A stretch of DNA of 52,734 nt from Candidatus Hydrogenedentota bacterium. Its GTDB lineage: Bacteria > Hydrogenedentota > Hydrogenedentia > Hydrogenedentales > SLHB01. Positions 47,652 to 52,734 of this stretch are shown here, piece by piece. A model generated the notes under the pieces. The model was not told where the DNA came from. It was given only the letters and a program-made list of their open reading frames with translations, and searched no databases. A program made the position numbers and the translations under genes. The DNA lies in the NCBI GenBank assembly GCA_045863295.1, contig BTWA01000043.1:1-52734 (forward strand), in the 5' to 3' direction. The stretch's first letter is position 1. Each line of letters begins with the position of its first letter.

Positions 47652-48096
47652 TGTCACCTTTCCGTACGATTGAGGCATCACCACCACCGCACTCCACGGC
47701 GGGCGTCGGCGAACTGGTTCTCCTTTAGTTCCGCGTGCTGCATTTTGGCAAAAAGGCTGCGGATTGAAACAAGGGGTTATGATGGTCTTTTGCAGAATTC
47801 AAAGAAATGGAAGGTAATCTCGCTGGCATAAGCATAGGTGACAGGGTCGATGCCATGCACTTTAGGAGCACCCCCTAATGGAAAAGGGATTGGGATGCTG
47901 ACATCCGGGTGATGGCGGCTACGCACGCACGGATGGCCGCGTGAAAAGTGCATCGATTGAATAGAGACAGTACCCACACGTAGGCTGGACGAACACTTGG
48001 AGTGGGGTTTCCCGAAGCGTCTTATACGGACAGGAACGAATAAACCCGCGTCTTATTCGGGTCAATCCAGTTATTTTTCGGCGAAGGAGAAAGCTT

Positions 48097-48489
48097 ATGA
48101 CGACCGGAGTGACAGAGAATACACGTACTCAGGCGTGTTGCTACTTTTCTACGCCGGAACATATCCGCTCCTTCGTAGGCCGGTTCATCTGGATCTACAG
48201 CGCCAAGGGCAGTCTGGCTTTGCGTCCCGATCACTTGGCCTGTGAGGTAAGCAGCCTAGTGTGCGAAATCCCTCTCCGGTCGATCCGAAGAGTCGAGGTG
48301 GGTCGCTACTCCCGTTGGGCTAAGCCGATTACGCTCAAATATGTTGCGTTGACCTACATGAGTTCCGGGCAGGAAAAGACGGTGTTGTTGACCCCGACAC
48401 ATTCCTGGGCAACCCCCGTGTGGAAGACGAGCGCGATAGTAGAAACTTGGGCGGATTGGCTCAGGGATGCTGTCGAGCGGGCGGAATAG
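48097..48489 (+). CDS. hypothetical protein (PH-like beta fold possible)
   Basis: AAGGAG RBS. 130 aa with G.L.L, EIPL.SI..VE and a C-terminal W...L helix. Confidence 0.65.
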   Translation: MTTGVTENTRTQACCYFSTPEHIRSFVGRFIWIYSAKGSLALRPDHLACEVSSLVCEIPLRSIRRVEVGRYSRWAKPITLKYVALTYMSSGQEKTVLLTPTHSWATPVWKTSAIVETWADWLRDAVERAE

Positions 48490-48677
48490 CAACCCAGCGC
48501 GGCCGAACCTGTCGCTCGGGCAGATGGCCCCAACACCACGCCGCATGACCAGAACGGTCTCACCATTATCCCCAAAGCGGCCCGCTAATCAACGACCAAC
48601 GGGGGACGCGCATTTCACCGATTGCCACTCAAACTTTTTCAGAGGCCGATGGCTACCCTAATTTATGCAGCGCATTC

Positions 48678-48755
48678 GGCCTGAAAGGCCACAACATATT
48701 AGCCTGGGGCAACGCCCCAGGATCTGCGTCCCCTCTCTTCAAGCACTGTAAGTGC
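48678..48755. repeat. cluster of REP-like short palindromes
   Basis: GGCC-TGAAA-GGCC (48678-48690), CCTGGGGC-AAC-GCCCCAGG (48703-48721) and GCAC-TGTAA-GTGC (48743-48755). Confidence 0.6.
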
Positions 48756-48916
48756 GAAACATGAATGGGCAAGATAATAGGCCGGGGTCGGTCGGCGTCT
48801 TGCAGTCGTACGACCGAACTTTCAGCGGCCCCGATTCAACGTCCTCCGCCAGAAACCAAACGGACCAACGCCGCCGCCGCGTGTAGCAGGCTTGCCCGGC
48901 CGCTCGGCGGCTGGTT

Positions 48917-51316
48917 CTACTGCTTCTTGGTCGCGACAAGCCGGGTGTTCTGGGTCCCGGATTCGACGCTTTCGAGAGGCGCTGCCGAGTAGGTTTCACT
49001 GGCAATGGCAATAGAAACGGTCATTCCTTTGGACAGTCCGGTGATCGCAAAGGAACCGTCGCCCTTGGTGGTGTCGGACCAGGTTCTGGGGTTGCGACGA
49101 CTGGGTAGTTCGGGAGGACCTGCGGGTGAGCCTGGCAACGATTCTACTGCCACCACTTTAATGCCGGGAACGGGAAGGCCCGCAGAATCGGTCACAATGC
49201 CAGTAATTACAGGTTGCCGTTGCATCACAATTGAGAGATCCGCAGTACCTGCTGAAATGCGTTGCAGTGTCGTAGATTCGTATTCATTGCTTCTTGCATA
49301 AACGGTATAGAAACCGTCTTCCAATCCAATAATCTCAAACGAACCGTCATCTTTGCTCAAGTCCATTCCCTGGTTCGTGCCTTCGTAAGCATCCGCGTGC
49401 ACACCAACCCCGAGCAGCGGCTGGCCCTCTTCGTCGCTCACTACGCCCGAGATACTGAGCAGATCGCTTTCGTCGAGCACGATTCGCCGCCCGATGATTT
49501 CCTGTCCCGCGGCGAGCGTGACGGAATCTGCGGGGGCGCTATGTCGCATGAGTCCTCGCGGTTCGTAGCTGCCTACTTGAAGGCTGTACTCGCCCGGCGC
49601 GAGTCCGGTGAGTATGAAGTGCCCTTCGCTGTCGGTGGTCTGTACGCCGATACTGGCCGAACCCGGCGTTTGCGGCCGGGCAGAAACCCTTGCGCGCACG
49701 GGCCGGCCCATCGCGTCTACCACCTGTCCCGAGATTCTACCTGTGTTCTCCGGTTTGAGGGCCAAGATTATGCCCGTCAAGCCTTCTTCCGGCACGGGGT
49801 GCGGACCGTACGTGTCGGAGCACGCTTCAGGCGTTTCGGCTATCAACTCAAGGTCATCTCCAGCAGGACAATTGGGGATGGTGAACCGGCCATCTGAATC
49901 GGCCTCGACCGTTTCGACGAAGCTGGAGAACCGTTGATCCTGACCCATTTCCCAGGTCACGGCGTTCACGAGGGCTCCGGGCACGGGATTGCCTTCCGGA
50001 TCGACCACTTGACCGCTGACGGCGATCCCCATTCCGAGCGTGAAATCCACGCCGTCCACGACTTGACCCGATTCTACGTTCACAGACACTTCTTTTCCGT
50101 TGGACAAGGAATATCTGCCGCCGTACCCCTTTGGCTTGTTTCCAAGAACTACCCTGGACAGACCGGGCTGCACGCCGCGAATTTCATAATTTCCATCGGC
50201 ATCGGTTGTACCCGCACGATAGCTGGACCTTATAATGACGCCTTCCAGACCATTCTTCGTTGCTTCGTCGGTCACCCGGCCTCGGATCGTCCCACCCATC
50301 ACAAGGCGCAGGGTAACCGAAGGCGTCACCTGACCATAGGGCATCACTTCCACGGTGCCGGATGCCTCGGTCAGCAGAAAATCGGAATGCTTGGATTGAA
50401 GACTGTGCATGCCCGGCGCGAGGTCGCCAATCGAGAATTGCCCGGTACTATCCGTTCTGAATGCCTTGCGTGGTTTGGAACCGATTTCAAACGGGCAATC
50501 CGCCACAGGCGCATTCGTGGCATCGTCCACCGTCATCCCGGTCAGGATCGATCCGGGCAATAGGCGGATGGTAACCGGCGGGCCGCCCACCGGATACGCC
50601 TCGGTCGTCAGCGGCGCGTATCCTTCTGCATTCACTAGCAATGTCCATGCGATCGGTTCCAACCGGTCAAATCGAAACGAACCGTCCTCGCGGGTGATCT
50701 GTTCCATTCCGTCGCGTATCTCGCTGCTAATTTCGCGTTCGTCATTTGCGTTTGGGGCAATGGACGCACCGACGATGGGCTGGTTGTCCGTACCTATGAC
50801 GTAGCCCGATATCACGCCGACTTTTCGGAGGATGAGTTGCGCGCGGTGTGCCGGGATGGCGGGGGTAAGTCGCGCGACTGTGTCGTCGGCATAGCCGTCC
50901 TTCACGGCCCAAATGGCATACCAACCCCAAGGCACGCTGGCAAAATGGAATTGGCCACGCTCGTCCGTTTCGAGCGAGACGGGCGTGTGCGACTCGCGCT
51001 TTCTGTCTGCACCTTCTGACGCAACCCGCTGAATAAAGACCGTTGCCAAGACGGGGTGACCTGTATAGTCAAGCACTGTACCCGAAATAACGCCATCGTA
51101 TTCAGGAACTGACCTTGAAATTGGGGGCGGTGCGGGATAGGTTGGTTTTGCTATTGGCGACGTCCTAGACGCTTGGATCGAGGTTGTACTTTGGGAGGTA
51201 GTCCGAACTTCCTCTTCAATCGGTGATTGGCTTGTCCAATTCAGCCAGAACATCAATGAGAGCACAAGAAGCAAAGCAAGGCCGCCCGATAATTTCCAAC
51301 GGTAGGACACGTCCAT
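48917..51316 (-). CDS. membrane-anchored protein with tandem carboxypeptidase-regulatory-like (Cna-B/prealbumin-like) domains
   Basis: N-terminal TM and Pro/Ser/Thr linker, then about 8 repeats of I.G.V.D..G.P...A.V ... T..DG.F....L.PG.Y. GAGGA RBS. Confidence 0.85.
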   Translation of the reverse strand: MDVSYRWKLSGGLALLLVLSLMFWLNWTSQSPIEEEVRTTSQSTTSIQASRTSPIAKPTYPAPPPISRSVPEYDGVISGTVLDYTGHPVLATVFIQRVASEGADRKRESHTPVSLETDERGQFHFASVPWGWYAIWAVKDGYADDTVARLTPAIPAHRAQLILRKVGVISGYVIGTDNQPIVGASIAPNANDEREISSEIRDGMEQITREDGSFRFDRLEPIAWTLLVNAEGYAPLTTEAYPVGGPPVTIRLLPGSILTGMTVDDATNAPVADCPFEIGSKPRKAFRTDSTGQFSIGDLAPGMHSLQSKHSDFLLTEASGTVEVMPYGQVTPSVTLRLVMGGTIRGRVTDEATKNGLEGVIIRSSYRAGTTDADGNYEIRGVQPGLSRVVLGNKPKGYGGRYSLSNGKEVSVNVESGQVVDGVDFTLGMGIAVSGQVVDPEGNPVPGALVNAVTWEMGQDQRFSSFVETVEADSDGRFTIPNCPAGDDLELIAETPEACSDTYGPHPVPEEGLTGIILALKPENTGRISGQVVDAMGRPVRARVSARPQTPGSASIGVQTTDSEGHFILTGLAPGEYSLQVGSYEPRGLMRHSAPADSVTLAAGQEIIGRRIVLDESDLLSISGVVSDEEGQPLLGVGVHADAYEGTNQGMDLSKDDGSFEIIGLEDGFYTVYARSNEYESTTLQRISAGTADLSIVMQRQPVITGIVTDSAGLPVPGIKVVAVESLPGSPAGPPELPSRRNPRTWSDTTKGDGSFAITGLSKGMTVSIAIASETYSAAPLESVESGTQNTRLVATKKQ

Positions 51317-51459
51317 GCTGTATTTCCTCGCAAGCCGCCTTGACAGCCAACCGAATTTCCTTCTTGCTCAGTTCTAGTATGGCGCACTTCAGCATTTAAT
51401 CTCGGTTCAGAAAACTAGTTTATTTGAACCGCCATTTGTCACCGTCTAAATAATACGTC

Positions 51460-51489
51460 TTGACAAAAAAAAAAAAAAAGAGGTATGTT
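51460..51489 (+). promoter_or_regulatory. sigma70-type promoter with a poly(A)15 tract in the spacer
   Basis: TTGACA (51460-51465), 18-nt spacer (A14 + GAGG), TATGTT (51484-51489). The A run spans 51465-51479. Confidence 0.6.
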
Positions 51490-51511
51490 GCAAATATCGA
51501 GGTGTTTTAGA

Positions 51512-52645
51512 ATGCGTTGCAACATGCGCACATTATCACTACATCACTGCTTGTCTGTTGCTCTCACCGCTGGTACAGTATGTAGCGGAGCCTTCGTGGT
51601 CACCGTGAGCGGATTTGGGGAGCCTATATCCACGGCAAAACAAGCGACCGATGAAGCGGATATGACTATCCAAATGGTGCTTGCAGAGCACAAACTCTAT
51701 CAAAAGTTGATTTCCAGTTGTTCTTTTAGAGCCCGCAAATCGCAGCGGACGAGCCTTTCGGATGACTCCAAGGATCCTGCAAAATCTGTCTATATAGAAT
51801 CCGACTTTCGTGTCCGAATGAAAGAAGGGGACGCATTTGTGGAATTCCAGAGCCCGAGGGATATTCGAGTATATGAGGAAGATGCCACACCCGGGCTTAA
51901 GAATACACGCTATGAATTCGATCCAACTCCTATCAGCCAGCGGCTGGTAATCTCTCAGGGTACGGTTGCTTACTGGTCGGATCTGGAAGTTCCATTGATC
52001 GACGTGTATGAAGAGGATGCGTGGAAGAAAGCAAATGAACATGACCGATTTGAAAAGAGACATCGCCGGACATTCTCAGTAGATCCGAGATATGTAGTGA
52101 CGGAAGTTATGCCTGGCTTCTCGTTCTCCCGCTTCTTCGAGGACAAACTGGCAAAAGGACAGCAATGGTCTACCTCACAAGATACCGACATTACGAAACC
52201 CGAGAATCTTGTACTGGAGCGACGCGGGGTATCGCAGAATTACATCAATGCCTTAGTCTATCTGCATGACTCCAATTTCATTATTGCCTGCGCCCAATCG
52301 TTCCCAGCGGAAGGCAAAATCGCATCAGAGTACCGCGTCTCCTATATGATAGTGGATGGCATTCCATTTCCAGAACAAATGGAGTATGTGCGCTTTGATA
52401 AAGACGGAACCAAGACACTTATGACTCGCGTTCGCTATGAGGATGTAGAAATAAATCCTGTGGACAACGAGCGTATTGATATGAACTCATTGGACTTTCC
52501 AGATGGGACTTATCTTGTTTGGCACCTGCCTAGTTCTGAGCAAGTTAAGATATCGAAAAATGGCACTATCGAGGATTCGACCGAGAACCCGATGTCAATT
52601 CGACACTTGCGAGACTATCCAATTGCTGAAGCCGCCAAACCTTAA
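51512..52645 (+). CDS. exported hypothetical protein, beta-rich (LolA-like fold possible)
   Basis: GAGGTG RBS before ATG 51512, hydrophobic N-terminus and C-terminal V.IN....D...L.FP.GT pattern. AT-richer codons than the rest of the window. Confidence 0.75.
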   Translation: MRCNMRTLSLHHCLSVALTAGTVCSGAFVVTVSGFGEPISTAKQATDEADMTIQMVLAEHKLYQKLISSCSFRARKSQRTSLSDDSKDPAKSVYIESDFRVRMKEGDAFVEFQSPRDIRVYEEDATPGLKNTRYEFDPTPISQRLVISQGTVAYWSDLEVPLIDVYEEDAWKKANEHDRFEKRHRRTFSVDPRYVVTEVMPGFSFSRFFEDKLAKGQQWSTSQDTDITKPENLVLERRGVSQNYINALVYLHDSNFIIACAQSFPAEGKIASEYRVSYMIVDGIPFPEQMEYVRFDKDGTKTLMTRVRYEDVEINPVDNERIDMNSLDFPDGTYLVWHLPSSEQVKISKNGTIEDSTENPMSIRHLRDYPIAEAAKP

Positions 52646-52672
52646 TGTCCAATAACTTCGGAGAAACAAGAG

Positions 52673-52734
52673 ATGAAAGTATTAGACAATTTTAACTTTT
52701 TATACCTACGACACAGTGCCGAAAGTAACCTGCC
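52673..52734 (+). CDS. 5' end of a gene running off the right edge (MKVLDNFNFLYLRHS...)
   Basis: GGAG RBS, ATG 52673, and an open frame to the window end. Confidence 0.45.
   Translation, partial: MKVLDNFNFLYLRHSAESNL

Noticed and set aside
51485..51511. ATG 51485 as the start of the last full CDS
   Set aside because: It overlaps the predicted -10 box. ATG 51512 has a well-spaced GAGGTG RBS.
1..52734. CRISPR arrays, tRNA/rRNA genes, transposases, prophage genes
   Set aside because: No spaced direct repeats, cloverleaf or rRNA signatures, or such protein motifs were seen.

Overview
Gene-dense bacterial chromosome segment with about 38 CDS. No rRNA, tRNA, CRISPR array or intact mobile element was recognised. 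The PSD1/cytochrome-c plus DUF1501 pair, DUF1080, ThuA, DUF4838, Tat-exported Gfo/Idh/MocA proteins and a carboxypeptidase-regulatory-repeat protein suggest a Planctomycetes/Hydrogenedentes-like heterotroph (inference). Recognisable genes are ohr, sthA, hppA (K+-independent H+-PPase), a type III glutamine synthetase, a yajD-like HNH nuclease and an ArsR/SRPBCC pair. Most other genes encode secreted, poorly characterised carbohydrate-active proteins, including a dispersed set that resembles the oxidative 3-keto-glycoside breakdown route. The most notable signals are: (1) a complete sigma54 architecture (phased enhancer boxes, IHF site, -24/-12) driving an internally duplicated hypothetical protein plus hppA, divergent from sthA; (2) a second sigma54 promoter with a ~360-nt leader before GSIII; (3) a poly(A)15 tract in the -35/-10 spacer of a promoter in the AT-richer right end, a candidate phase-variation switch; (4) a TAA at codon 3 that severs the signal peptide of one of two paralogous GH-like genes; (5) a tandem DUF502 fusion. 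All family calls come from motif recognition by eye; no searches were run.
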